DNA from: Actinomycetota bacterium
GTDB lineage: Bacteria; Actinomycetota; Actinomycetes; Nanopelagicales; Nanopelagicaceae
DNA length: 64,000 nt
Assembly (NCBI GenBank): GCA_041169865.1
Contig: JBEEIL010000056.1
Coordinates: 1,141-65,140 of the forward strand
Reading direction: 5' to 3'
Positions 20,704 through 29,280 of this stretch are shown in pieces (position 1 is the first letter of the stretch; each line of letters begins with the position of its first letter). A model generated the notes under the pieces. It was not told where the DNA came from. It searched no databases and saw only the letters and a list, made by a program, of their open reading frames with translations. The position numbers were made by a program, and so were the translations under genes.

Positions 20704-22059
20704 ATGAGCGCTCACATCCCACAGCTGGATAACCTCTTTAACCCATCCTTAGTTGCTGCGCAACAGCCCAACTGGCCAGGTGGAAAAGATGGCGAGCCAC
20801 TTGCTAAAGCGGTTGCAGATCTTCGCGCTCTTCCTCCGCTTGTCTTTGCAGGAGAGTGTGATGATCTCAAGGCAAAGATTGCCGAAGCTGCAGCGGGGCG
20901 AGCATTCTGGTTACAAGGTGGAGATTGCGCCGAAACTTTTGCTTCAGCAACTGCAGATTCAATTCGCAATCGAATCAAAACCATTCTGCAGATGGCAGCA
21001 GTTTTACAGTATTACTCAAGCTTGCCCGTGATCAAAGTTGGCCGCATGGCTGGGCAATTCGCCAAGCCGCGTTCAAATGATCTTGAAACACGTGGGGATG
21101 TCACGCTTCCGGCATATCGTGGAGATGCAGTTAACGATATTGAATTTACCGAAAGTGCGCGCACGCCAGACCCACAGCGGTTGGTGCGCGTTTACAACAC
21201 TTCGGCGGCAACTCTTAACTTGGTGCGTGCTTTTACGCGAGGTGGGTTTGCCGATCTGCGCCAGGTTCACGAATGGAATAAAGGTTTTATTCGAGATTCA
21301 CAGTTTGGCGAAAAATACGAGCAGATGGCCAATGAAATTGGTCGCGCACTTTCATTTATGCAATCTGCTGGCGTAGACCCCGAACAATTTAAGGCAGTTG
21401 ATTTCTACGCAAGTCACGAGGCGCTCATCATTGAGTATGAGAAGGCCCTGACTCGTATCGATTCTCGTACCCAACTTCCTTATGATGTCTCAGGCCATTT
21501 CATCTGGATTGGCGAACGCACCAGACAGCTCGATGGCGCCCATGTTGATTTTGCATCCAAGGTGCGCAATCCAATCGGTGTAAAGCTCGGCCCTAAGTCG
21601 ACAGTAGAGGATGCGCTAGCCCTCATCGCAAAACTCAATCCAGATAATGAACCGGGAAGAATTACATTTATTACCCGTATGGGTGCTGGCAAAATTCGCG
21701 AAGCACTTCCTGCTCTTGTCGAAGGCGTAACTAAATCAGGCGCTCAAGTACTGTGGGTTTGCGATCCGATGCACGGCAACACCTTTGAATCAAAGAACGG
21801 TTACAAAACCCGTAATTTCGAGGATGTACTTGATGAAGTACGCGGCTTCTTTGAAGTACACAAGAAGCTAGGCACGCACCCAGGTGGCATACATATTGAA
21901 CTTACCGGGGATGATGTCACCGAATGCCTCGGCGGTGGCGACCAAATTTCTGAGAAGGATTTGGAATCACGCTATGAAACAGCCTGCGATCCACGTCTAA
22001 ATCACTCACAATCACTCGAGCTCTCATTTTTAGTTGCTGAAATGTTGCGCGACCGCTAA
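20704..22059 (+). CDS. Class II DAHP synthase (3-deoxy-7-phosphoheptulonate synthase)
   Basis: LQGGDCAE, GRMAGQFAKPRS, WIGERTR, DPMHGNT and CDPRLN; start probably ATG 20704. Confidence 0.93.
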   Translation: MSAHIPQLDNLFNPSLVAAQQPNWPGGKDGEPLAKAVADLRALPPLVFAGECDDLKAKIAEAAAGRAFWLQGGDCAETFASATADSIRNRIKTILQMAAVLQYYSSLPVIKVGRMAGQFAKPRSNDLETRGDVTLPAYRGDAVNDIEFTESARTPDPQRLVRVYNTSAATLNLVRAFTRGGFADLRQVHEWNKGFIRDSQFGEKYEQMANEIGRALSFMQSAGVDPEQFKAVDFYASHEALIIEYEKALTRIDSRTQLPYDVSGHFIWIGERTRQLDGAHVDFASKVRNPIGVKLGPKSTVEDALALIAKLNPDNEPGRITFITRMGAGKIREALPALVEGVTKSGAQVLWVCDPMHGNTFESKNGYKTRNFEDVLDEVRGFFEVHKKLGTHPGGIHIELTGDDVTECLGGGDQISEKDLESRYETACDPRLNHSQSLELSFLVAEMLRDR

Positions 22060-22069
22060 CTTTGCGAGC

Positions 22070-22564
22070 GTGGCGCTTCTTCTCTCAACTATTTCAACGC
22101 CAATCGGAAATCTCAATTTGATAGCCGATGAACACGTTCTGCTCGCCGCAAATCTCTCCTCCATAAAGTCTTTGAAAGAGAGCCTTGATAGCGAAGATCT
22201 GATGAAAGAATTTAAGAGCGTCTCTAGGATTCCGATCATTACAGATTTAATTGGGGACTACTTTGATGGAGATATCCAAGCTATCAACTCAATAAGTGTG
22301 CGTCAGCCCGGAGCGCCCTTTTCGCAGGCTGCCTGGAAAGCAATGCGAAAAGTGAAGGCGGGCAAAGTGATTTCATACAGTGAACTTGCCGATCGCGCCG
22401 GAAGCCCTACCGCGGTTCGCGCTGCTGGAAGTGCATGCGCAAAAAATGCGATTGTTTTAGTAGTGCCTTGTCATCGAATTGTGAAAACCGGTGGAGCGCT
22501 AGGAAATTATGCTTACGGATTATCGAAAAAAGAGTGGCTACTTCGCCACGAGGGAGCGCTTTAG
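22070..22564 (+). CDS. ogt: Methylated-DNA--protein-cysteine methyltransferase
   Basis: SYSELA...AVRAAG...VPCHRIV active site; probable GTG start at 22070. Confidence 0.9.
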   Translation: MALLLSTISTPIGNLNLIADEHVLLAANLSSIKSLKESLDSEDLMKEFKSVSRIPIITDLIGDYFDGDIQAINSISVRQPGAPFSQAAWKAMRKVKAGKVISYSELADRAGSPTAVRAAGSACAKNAIVLVVPCHRIVKTGGALGNYAYGLSKKEWLLRHEGAL

Positions 22565-23575
22565 AATTTCAATCGCTTCATCGCATTGCGCATCATCAAA
22601 ATCTAGGTGTGTTACTAGGCGGGCATAGTAAGGACCCAGAGCGCTGATCCAAAGCCCAGCAGCCTTACAGCGTTCGCTTAACTCTGTAGCTGATATTCCG
22701 AGTCTAGAAAGTTCCAATCCGACGATGTTGGTAACGACCTTGTCAGGGTTTACCAAAGTAGGTTCTATAGCTGCAATTGCTTTTGCAATTTTCTGCGCGC
22801 GCGCATGGTCATCCGCCAATCGCGCGATGTTGTTATCGAGGGCGTAGTGGCCGGCAGCAGCAATGATTCCAACCTGTCGCATTCCAGCGCCGTAGCGCTT
22901 ACGCCAGATTCGCGCTTCGTTGACCCGCTCTCTTGTTGAGAGCATGACTGAGCCAATTGGGGCTCCTAAGCCTTTTGATAAGCAGACGCTAATTGTGTCG
23001 AAGTGCTTGCCATAATCTACAAAGCTGACGCCAGAGGCAATATGTGCATTCCAAATGCGAGCTCCATCAAGATGCATTGCGATTCCACGAGCGTGAGCGG
23101 CGCTTGCCAACTTTTCGATTTCCGAGATTGGCTGAACTGTTCCGCCGCCAAAGTTGTGGGTATTTTCAACAGCTATTGCTTTAGTGGAAACTAGGTAAGG
23201 TCCAGCGCTTTCATGTGCGATAGCGAGCGGATCTTCTGCACGTAGTAGCCCATCTTCAGCGGGCCACGTGCGAGTAGTAATTCCACTAAAAGTGGCTGCC
23301 GCGCCTAATTCGGCGCGCACAATATGTGAACGAGTCTCAACAATTAATTCTTCGCCAGGCTTTACCAAAGTGCGAATCGCTAATTGATTTGCAAGAGAAC
23401 CAGTCGGACAGAACAGACCTGCCTCTTGCCCAAAGAGATCTGCTACTCGCTCTTCTAGAGAGTTAACGGTGGGATCGTCACCATAGACATCATCGCCAAC
23501 AGCAGCTTTAGCCATCGCCTCGCGCATGGCAGGGCTAGGTTGAGTAACCGTGTCTGATCTGAGATCGATTGCCAT
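22538..23575 (-). CDS. ltaE: Low-specificity L-threonine aldolase
   Basis: IDLRSDTVT, GDDVYG, ENTHN, HLDGAR and CLSKGLGAP. Confidence 0.92.
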   Translation of the reverse strand: MAIDLRSDTVTQPSPAMREAMAKAAVGDDVYGDDPTVNSLEERVADLFGQEAGLFCPTGSLANQLAIRTLVKPGEELIVETRSHIVRAELGAAATFSGITTRTWPAEDGLLRAEDPLAIAHESAGPYLVSTKAIAVENTHNFGGGTVQPISEIEKLASAAHARGIAMHLDGARIWNAHIASGVSFVDYGKHFDTISVCLSKGLGAPIGSVMLSTRERVNEARIWRKRYGAGMRQVGIIAAAGHYALDNNIARLADDHARAQKIAKAIAAIEPTLVNPDKVVTNIVGLELSRLGISATELSERCKAAGLWISALGPYYARLVTHLDFDDAQCDEAIEILKRSLVAK

Positions 23576-23576
23576 C

Positions 23577-24437
23577 TTAAGACTCCTTGAGGACAATCAT
23601 AAACATAGCGGTCAAGACCATAATTCCACCAAAGAGCGCCTTTATTGTGAGTGATTCTCCTCCAAAGAGCACTGCAAAAATTGCAGCAAAGACAACTTCC
23701 ATCGTAAGAATGACTGCAACCTTAGTCGCGCTCATATGCGCTTGCGACCAAGTCTGTACAATAAAAGCCAGTGCGGTACAGATTATCGCTGTGTAAAAAA
23801 CTACTAACCAACCGCTGGTATTAACAGGCAAGTCATATCCTTGAGCAAACGACAGTACGCCAGTCATAAATGCACACGTTGCTAATTGCACAATGGTGAG
23901 CGCATACACATCAAGACCATTACTCCATTGCCCCAGAGTCACAATATGAGCGGCAAATGCAATCGCGCAGAGAAATACCAGAAATTCACCGAACCCTACG
24001 CTCCAACCTCTGAGTGATAAAAGGGCGAGGCCGCAGGTAGCAAGTGCAACGCATCCCCATGTGAAGGGGCTAATCCGCGCCTTCAATATCAATGCAGCTA
24101 TCAAGGGAGTTGCAACAACATAAAGTCCGGTGATAAATCCAGTGATAGCAGCACCGGCTATAGCTAAGCCCAAAGTTTGAAGAACATAGCCTGCGCCAAG
24201 GAATAGACCAGCAATAAATCCTTTACGCAAAATCTCAGGAGTTATCTCTTGAATGATTGAAGGTCGGAGAGCAAGCATCGCAAGGACGGCGACTAAGAAA
24301 CGAGTAAAGAGAAAGCTATTCACCCCTTGCTTTTCGATGGGATCTTTCATCACCACAAAGGCCATTCCCCACGAAGCAGAAACAGCAAGAAGCGCCCAGG
24401 GGGCGACCTTCATCTTAAGTGCGTGTTGTGAACTCAT
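23577..24437 (-). CDS. EamA/DMT family transporter
   Basis: About 10 TM segments; WG.AFVVMK; FITGLYVV. Confidence 0.85.
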   Translation of the reverse strand: MSSQHALKMKVAPWALLAVSASWGMAFVVMKDPIEKQGVNSFLFTRFLVAVLAMLALRPSIIQEITPEILRKGFIAGLFLGAGYVLQTLGLAIAGAAITGFITGLYVVATPLIAALILKARISPFTWGCVALATCGLALLSLRGWSVGFGEFLVFLCAIAFAAHIVTLGQWSNGLDVYALTIVQLATCAFMTGVLSFAQGYDLPVNTSGWLVVFYTAIICTALAFIVQTWSQAHMSATKVAVILTMEVVFAAIFAVLFGGESLTIKALFGGIMVLTAMFMIVLKES

Positions 24438-25294
24438 CCACGCAACTTCTTGAGGAGAGCAACTTCCTTGCCGTGTTCTGGCTCCATGCCAGGAGTTTCG
24501 AGAATAAGGGGGGCGTTGACTACCGCAGGATGCTTGAGTAACTCTGCAAAGGGATCGACTCCAATAAAACCATCACCAATATTTTGGTGGCGATCCTTGA
24601 GCGCACCACACACATCCATCGAATCATTCGCATGGATCAACTGAATACGTTCAATGCCGGCAACCGCTACGAGCAAATCGAGAGTCTCTTTCATGCCACC
24701 TTTTTTAGCAATGTCGTGGCCAGCAGCAAAGACGTGGCAGGTATCCAAGCAGATTCCTACCTTTGGGTGATATTCAAGGGCCTTTAAGTAATTCTCAAGA
24801 TCTTCGAGTCTCTTTACTAGCGACTGACCTTGGCCAGCAGTCGGTTCAAGCAACAGCATCGGAGCATCGTCATTGAGAGCTTCAAGAATAGGCATTACAC
24901 CTTTTTTAATCTGCTTCCAAGCTTTTTCAACAAAATCTTCTTTCACAGCAGAACCCGTATGAACAACAACGCCCAGCGCACCGATTTCCTGCCCGCGCTT
25001 GAGCGAATACTCAGTAGAGGCGAGCGAGTTTTTATACGTTTCCTCTGTCGGAGAACCAAGATTAATTAAGAAAGGCGCGTGCACGTAAGTTTCAATATCG
25101 AGAGCGAGCGCCTTTTCACGAAAGAGGGCGTCAGCATCGTGATTGGTTTCTGGCATTGCCCATCCACGAGGGTTAGATGTAAATACTTGGATTGCTTCCG
25201 CTCCAATGGTCTCGGCATACGCGATGGAACGCTTGGCCATGCCTCCGGATGTAGGGGTGTGGGCGCCGATTCGCGGCTTCTTTGTTGCGGGCAT
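24434..25294 (-). CDS. nfo: Endonuclease IV
   Basis: IGAH, HAPFLINL, HTGS, CLDTCH, HANDS, DRHQNIG and ILETP. Confidence 0.93.
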   Translation of the reverse strand: MPATKKPRIGAHTPTSGGMAKRSIAYAETIGAEAIQVFTSNPRGWAMPETNHDADALFREKALALDIETYVHAPFLINLGSPTEETYKNSLASTEYSLKRGQEIGALGVVVHTGSAVKEDFVEKAWKQIKKGVMPILEALNDDAPMLLLEPTAGQGQSLVKRLEDLENYLKALEYHPKVGICLDTCHVFAAGHDIAKKGGMKETLDLLVAVAGIERIQLIHANDSMDVCGALKDRHQNIGDGFIGVDPFAELLKHPAVVNAPLILETPGMEPEHGKEVALLKKLRG

Positions 25295-25298
25295 CTGC

Positions 25299-27197
25299 TT
25301 AGCCTACTGTGATGGTCACAGTACTGCCACGCTTTACCTTCGTGCCTACCTTTGGTGAAATGTTGGTGACCTTCTTCACCGTCTTTTTACCAATCTTTTT
25401 CACAACTACTTTCAGGTCAAGATCTTTCAGAGCTTGTACCGCTTTCACCTCTTCCAGCGAGAAGATATTTGGGATGTAGGCATATTGGGTGCCCTTAGAA
25501 ATAATAAGCGCAACTTTGGAGCCTTTATCTGCTGTGCCGCCACCAGGCGGAGTTTGTGCAACTACTTCTCCAGGAAGTTGTGTCTCACTAAATGCATAGG
25601 TTGAGTCAACGACGAATCCTGATTCTTGAAGTTCGTTGAGCGCCTGATCGGAACTCTTTCCAACGTAATTTGCTAGAGCAACTTGCTCTAGCCCTTTTGA
25701 AATTCGCAGAACAACCAAAGCATTTCGCTTTACTTTTTCTCCAGAAGGTGGGTTTGAATCAATCACATAACCTTTAGGAATTGTGTTGCTAAATTCCTCA
25801 GAATTTGGTTGAAGAGATAGCGGCATTTCACCTAAGAGGCGACGCGCAACAATAGGCGTGAGTCCTTTGACCATGGGTAGAACGAAACGCTCAGGGCCTT
25901 TTGAGAGAATCAATTTAACCGCAGCGTTTTGATCTACCCGTCCGCCTGCTTCGGGAATAGTTTGAATGACGCGACCTTCCGGAATATCTTCACTGAATTT
26001 GCGCTCCACAACCACAGAAGTAAGTCCAAGAGGCGACAAGGCAGCTGAAGCTTCGGCCTCAGTGGCTCCAACGGTTGAAGGAACGACAACGCGAGAACCT
26101 GGACCAATGAGTACATACCAGCCCGTTATGCCCACTGCTATCGCCATCAATAGCGCAATCTTGCGATTTCGCCTGACTCGCTTGCTCGCCTTCTTCCGCT
26201 TTCTCACCTCTTCTGTCGTCTCACGAGGAGTTGGAACTGGAATCGCCTCAGTTATTTCGCGTATCTTTTTGCGAAGAGATTTTGGCGCCTTTTTTGGTCG
26301 CATCGGTTCGATCGGAATATCAAGTTCCAAACTTAACTGATTCTCTTTTGGATTTAGATTGTGGCTGATGCGAACAAGTTGGTCATGAAAGACAGTCGCA
26401 TCCTTCGGGCGTTCATCAGGATTAGAACTCGTTGCTGCATAAATCAATTGATCGAGTTCAGCCGGGATACCCTCTATCAAGCTACTGATTTTTGGCACGC
26501 GATTATTGACGTGCATATAGGCAATCTGAATTGGTTCAGCGCCTTCAAAAGGCTTCTGACCAGTTAAAATCTCAAATGCGGTAATTCCGATTGAGTAGAC
26601 ATCGCTGCGAGCATCTGCAATTCCACGCTGAACCTGTTCAGGTGATAAGTAGGAGACTGATCCCATAATGACGCTCGACTCTGCAGTCATGGTTGCGCCC
26701 AAGAGAGGTCCTTTAGCAAGACCGAAGTCAGCAATCTTGATTCGACCTTCTTTAGAGATCAGAATATTTTCAGGCTTGATATCTCTATGCACTATTCCTA
26801 ATTTGTGTGCGGCCGCGAGAGCGCTTAAAACAGGCAGGAGGAATTTAATTCCATCTTGAACCGAGAGCCTTCCTTGCTCATTGAGATATTCACGAAGCGT
26901 GTGTCCCTCAATTAACTCCATCACCAAAAAAATGGCAGGAGTACCATTTTGATTCCACCCTTGGTCCTGAACGGCCACAATATTCGGATGCGAAAGGGCA
27001 GCAGCAGCCTTCGCCTCACGGATAAATCGCTCAACGAACTGTTCATCTTGGGCAAGATGCGAGTGCATAATTTTGACAGCAACTTTTCTGTCAAGGCGAG
27101 TGTCTAGCGCTTCATAAATACTGGCCATACCCCCTGTGGCCATCTGACGAATGAGCTGATAGCGCCCATCAATAAGTTCGCCAGTAAGGTCAGACAT
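25299..27197 (-). CDS. PASTA-domain Ser/Thr protein kinase (PknL-like)
   Basis: GGMASIY, VAVKIM, HRDIKPEN and DFG; TM segment; PASTA repeats. Start at ATG 27197. Confidence 0.92.
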   Translation of the reverse strand: MSDLTGELIDGRYQLIRQMATGGMASIYEALDTRLDRKVAVKIMHSHLAQDEQFVERFIREAKAAAALSHPNIVAVQDQGWNQNGTPAIFLVMELIEGHTLREYLNEQGRLSVQDGIKFLLPVLSALAAAHKLGIVHRDIKPENILISKEGRIKIADFGLAKGPLLGATMTAESSVIMGSVSYLSPEQVQRGIADARSDVYSIGITAFEILTGQKPFEGAEPIQIAYMHVNNRVPKISSLIEGIPAELDQLIYAATSSNPDERPKDATVFHDQLVRISHNLNPKENQLSLELDIPIEPMRPKKAPKSLRKKIREITEAIPVPTPRETTEEVRKRKKASKRVRRNRKIALLMAIAVGITGWYVLIGPGSRVVVPSTVGATEAEASAALSPLGLTSVVVERKFSEDIPEGRVIQTIPEAGGRVDQNAAVKLILSKGPERFVLPMVKGLTPIVARRLLGEMPLSLQPNSEEFSNTIPKGYVIDSNPPSGEKVKRNALVVLRISKGLEQVALANYVGKSSDQALNELQESGFVVDSTYAFSETQLPGEVVAQTPPGGGTADKGSKVALIISKGTQYAYIPNIFSLEEVKAVQALKDLDLKVVVKKIGKKTVKKVTNISPKVGTKVKRGSTVTITVG

Positions 27198-27207
27198 AAA
27201 CCCAATT

Positions 27208-27744
27208 CTAGGTAGTGAGTACGAAATCCGCCGCGTTATCTGTCTTTTCGATAGCGAAATGTTGCTCTTGTGTGACAAGCCACTTTTGCATTGGATCTTT
27301 TATTACATTTCCATCTCGCTCTAAAACGCGGGTGAGGCCACTAGCTCTGTCGATATCAATCCAGATTAATGCTGTCAGGTATTCGCGAATGGCACGTTGG
27401 CCGCTCCCTACGCCTTCAAGAATTAAGAGTTGAGCAGGTGGAATCACCTCTGCTGGTAAAAATGTTGAGCGAAGCCAGTCGTATTTCGAGATTGATATCT
27501 GCTTATTTTGTTGATGTGAAATTGCAATCGATATGAGTGTCTTGGATAACTCTGGGGTGAGGGCGTTATCCCAGCCATCATAGAGATCATCCATATGAAT
27601 TATTGTGGAAGTGAAATTTGGGTATAGAGCCAGGTGCAGGTTAGTTGCCAGCGTTGTCTTACCTGCTCCTGCTGGCCCATCAATTGCAATGATGGGCCGC
27701 TGTGCTGCTTTACAAAGATCTAAGAGCGCGTCTATGAGATCCAT
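27208..27744 (-). CDS. Uridine/nucleoside kinase-like P-loop kinase
   Basis: IAIDGPAGAGKTT, HMDDLY and LILEGVG; overlaps the pnuC 3' end by 35 bp. Confidence 0.75.
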   Translation of the reverse strand: MDLIDALLDLCKAAQRPIIAIDGPAGAGKTTLATNLHLALYPNFTSTIIHMDDLYDGWDNALTPELSKTLISIAISHQQNKQISISKYDWLRSTFLPAEVIPPAQLLILEGVGSGQRAIREYLTALIWIDIDRASGLTRVLERDGNVIKDPMQKWLVTQEQHFAIEKTDNAADFVLTT

Positions 27745-28300
27745 ACCAAGTACTCCATCCCAGCGCTGCCATTATGGTAAATGCCACATAGAGCAGGGTT
27801 GTGAAGAGTAGACCCTGCGTTGCATAAAGCAGAACGTAACCAAGATCCACAATTAACCACAGTGGCCAACTGTCATATTTTTCGTAGACCATCAAAATCT
27901 GCGCAGTCAGACTTCCAAAGAAAAGAATGGCATCGACATATGTTGATGCAGCGCCAACCTCTTTGAGCACAGGCCCGAGCGCCAGAGTCGCCACGATTAT
28001 TGCGGCACATGTGTAGAGTCGATATTTTGTCTTAAAGGGACCAGGTTTAGCACCAGTTGGTTCCCAACCAAACCAACCAACGACCGCTGCGGCAATAAAG
28101 ACAAGTTGTAGAGCCGCACTGGCATATAACTCATACTGAAGAAAGAAGATGCCATAAAGGGCGCTACTGATCGCCCACCATGGCCATGTGATTCGTTTTC
28201 CAGTGATACCTAGACCTACTCCAATAAAAGATGCGATGGAGGCAACGAATTCGAGATACGAAACTTCATATCCCCAAGCGGTAAAGAAAGTTGAGAACAT
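27710..28300 (-). CDS. PnuC-family vitamin transporter (probably thiamine-related, PnuT-like)
   Basis: Membrane protein with the PnuC-type YDSWPLWLIVD motif; TPP-like riboswitch upstream; start ATG 28300 preceded by GAGG. Confidence 0.85.
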   Translation of the reverse strand: MFSTFFTAWGYEVSYLEFVASIASFIGVGLGITGKRITWPWWAISSALYGIFFLQYELYASAALQLVFIAAAVVGWFGWEPTGAKPGPFKTKYRLYTCAAIIVATLALGPVLKEVGAASTYVDAILFFGSLTAQILMVYEKYDSWPLWLIVDLGYVLLYATQGLLFTTLLYVAFTIMAALGWSTWYGSHRRALRSL

Positions 28301-28304
28301 TGCT

Positions 28305-28396
28305 AACCTCATTTCTAGATCCGCATTACCGGACCAGTCAGACGGTCGACATCATGAAGATGATGTCCTCTCAGCCAAGGTGGCTCCCGTGAGTTA
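28305..28396 (-). ncRNA. TPP (THI-box) riboswitch, variant
   Basis: Minus strand reads AACUC-ACGG-GA-GCCA-CCU-UGGC-UGAGAG-GACAUCAU-CUUC-AUGAUGUC-GA-CCGU-CUGA-CUGGUCCG-GUAAUG-CGGAUCUAG-AAAU-GAGGUU. It has the conserved CUGAGA, P2 ACGG/CCGU and the L5 UAAUG loop; the P1 3' strand covers the SD. Confidence 0.8.
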
Positions 28397-28401
28397 TTAC
28401 T

Positions 28402-29280
28402 TTAGCGAACTCGCGCCAAAATTGCTTGTATATAGGCAGCGCCAGCAACTCGCGCCCGACGCCCAGTCGAGGTCTTTGCTCGCTTATTGAAGATGTCATA
28501 TCCAATTGCCTCTACTTCATCAACAATTCCGCAGTAGAGCTCACTAGCAGCGCGAATACAAGGACGAGAGACTTTATCGAGATATTGAATTCCTATTTCT
28601 GCTTCGGCTTGTAACGAGCGCACTCGGTCTATTTGAAATTTAAGAGCCGCAATAATTTCTGGAGTCAGAGTACGGCGCTCTAGGGTTGCGCGGTCTACAC
28701 CAAACTCAGCCAACTCTTGTAGCGGTAAATAGACTCGCCCGCGATCAAGATCTTCCCCAACATCGCGGATGAAGTTAGCGAGTTGAAAGGCTATCCCCAA
28801 TTTCTGGGCTGCCTCAAAAGCTCGATCGTCGGAGTAACCCAAGATGGGAACCATCTCTAGACCGATAACTGCGGCAGAGCCATAAACATATTCATAGAGA
28901 TCTTCATACCTTTGATATTCCGTCACTGTTAGATCCATCTCCATACTGTGCAGAAAGTCCACAAAATGTTGATAAGGAATATTGAAGGTTTGAACTGTAT
29001 CGACAAGAGCTCGTCCGATATGGTCGGAACTAGTGCCCGCTTTAAGATCGGCAAGCACACCGCTGCTCCAACTTCGTAACGCATCTGCTTTTTCTTGCGG
29101 AGATAGAGTAGATGCTAAGTCATCAACGATTTCATCGGCATAGCGCGCAAAACCATATAGTGCATGGACATACGGGCGCTTATGCGCAGGAAGTAGAAGC
29201 GTTGCTAAGTAATAAGTTTTTCCATGAAGCGAATTAAGCCGCTTACATTCTTCATAAGAAGCTTTGAGCGCTGCATCCAT
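28402..29280 (-). CDS. crtB: Phytoene synthase
   Basis: HGKTYY, ADEIVD, FQLANFIRDVGED and GRVYLP. Confidence 0.95.
   Translation of the reverse strand: MDAALKASYEECKRLNSLHGKTYYLATLLLPAHKRPYVHALYGFARYADEIVDDLASTLSPQEKADALRSWSSGVLADLKAGTSSDHIGRALVDTVQTFNIPYQHFVDFLHSMEMDLTVTEYQRYEDLYEYVYGSAAVIGLEMVPILGYSDDRAFEAAQKLGIAFQLANFIRDVGEDLDRGRVYLPLQELAEFGVDRATLERRTLTPEIIAALKFQIDRVRSLQAEAEIGIQYLDKVSRPCIRAASELYCGIVDEVEAIGYDIFNKRAKTSTGRRARVAGAAYIQAILARVR

Noticed and set aside
28305-28396. FMN riboswitch or NAD-related element, as expected for some PnuC-family genes
   Set aside because: No FMN consensus segments are present; CUGAGA and UAAUG identify a THI-box scaffold
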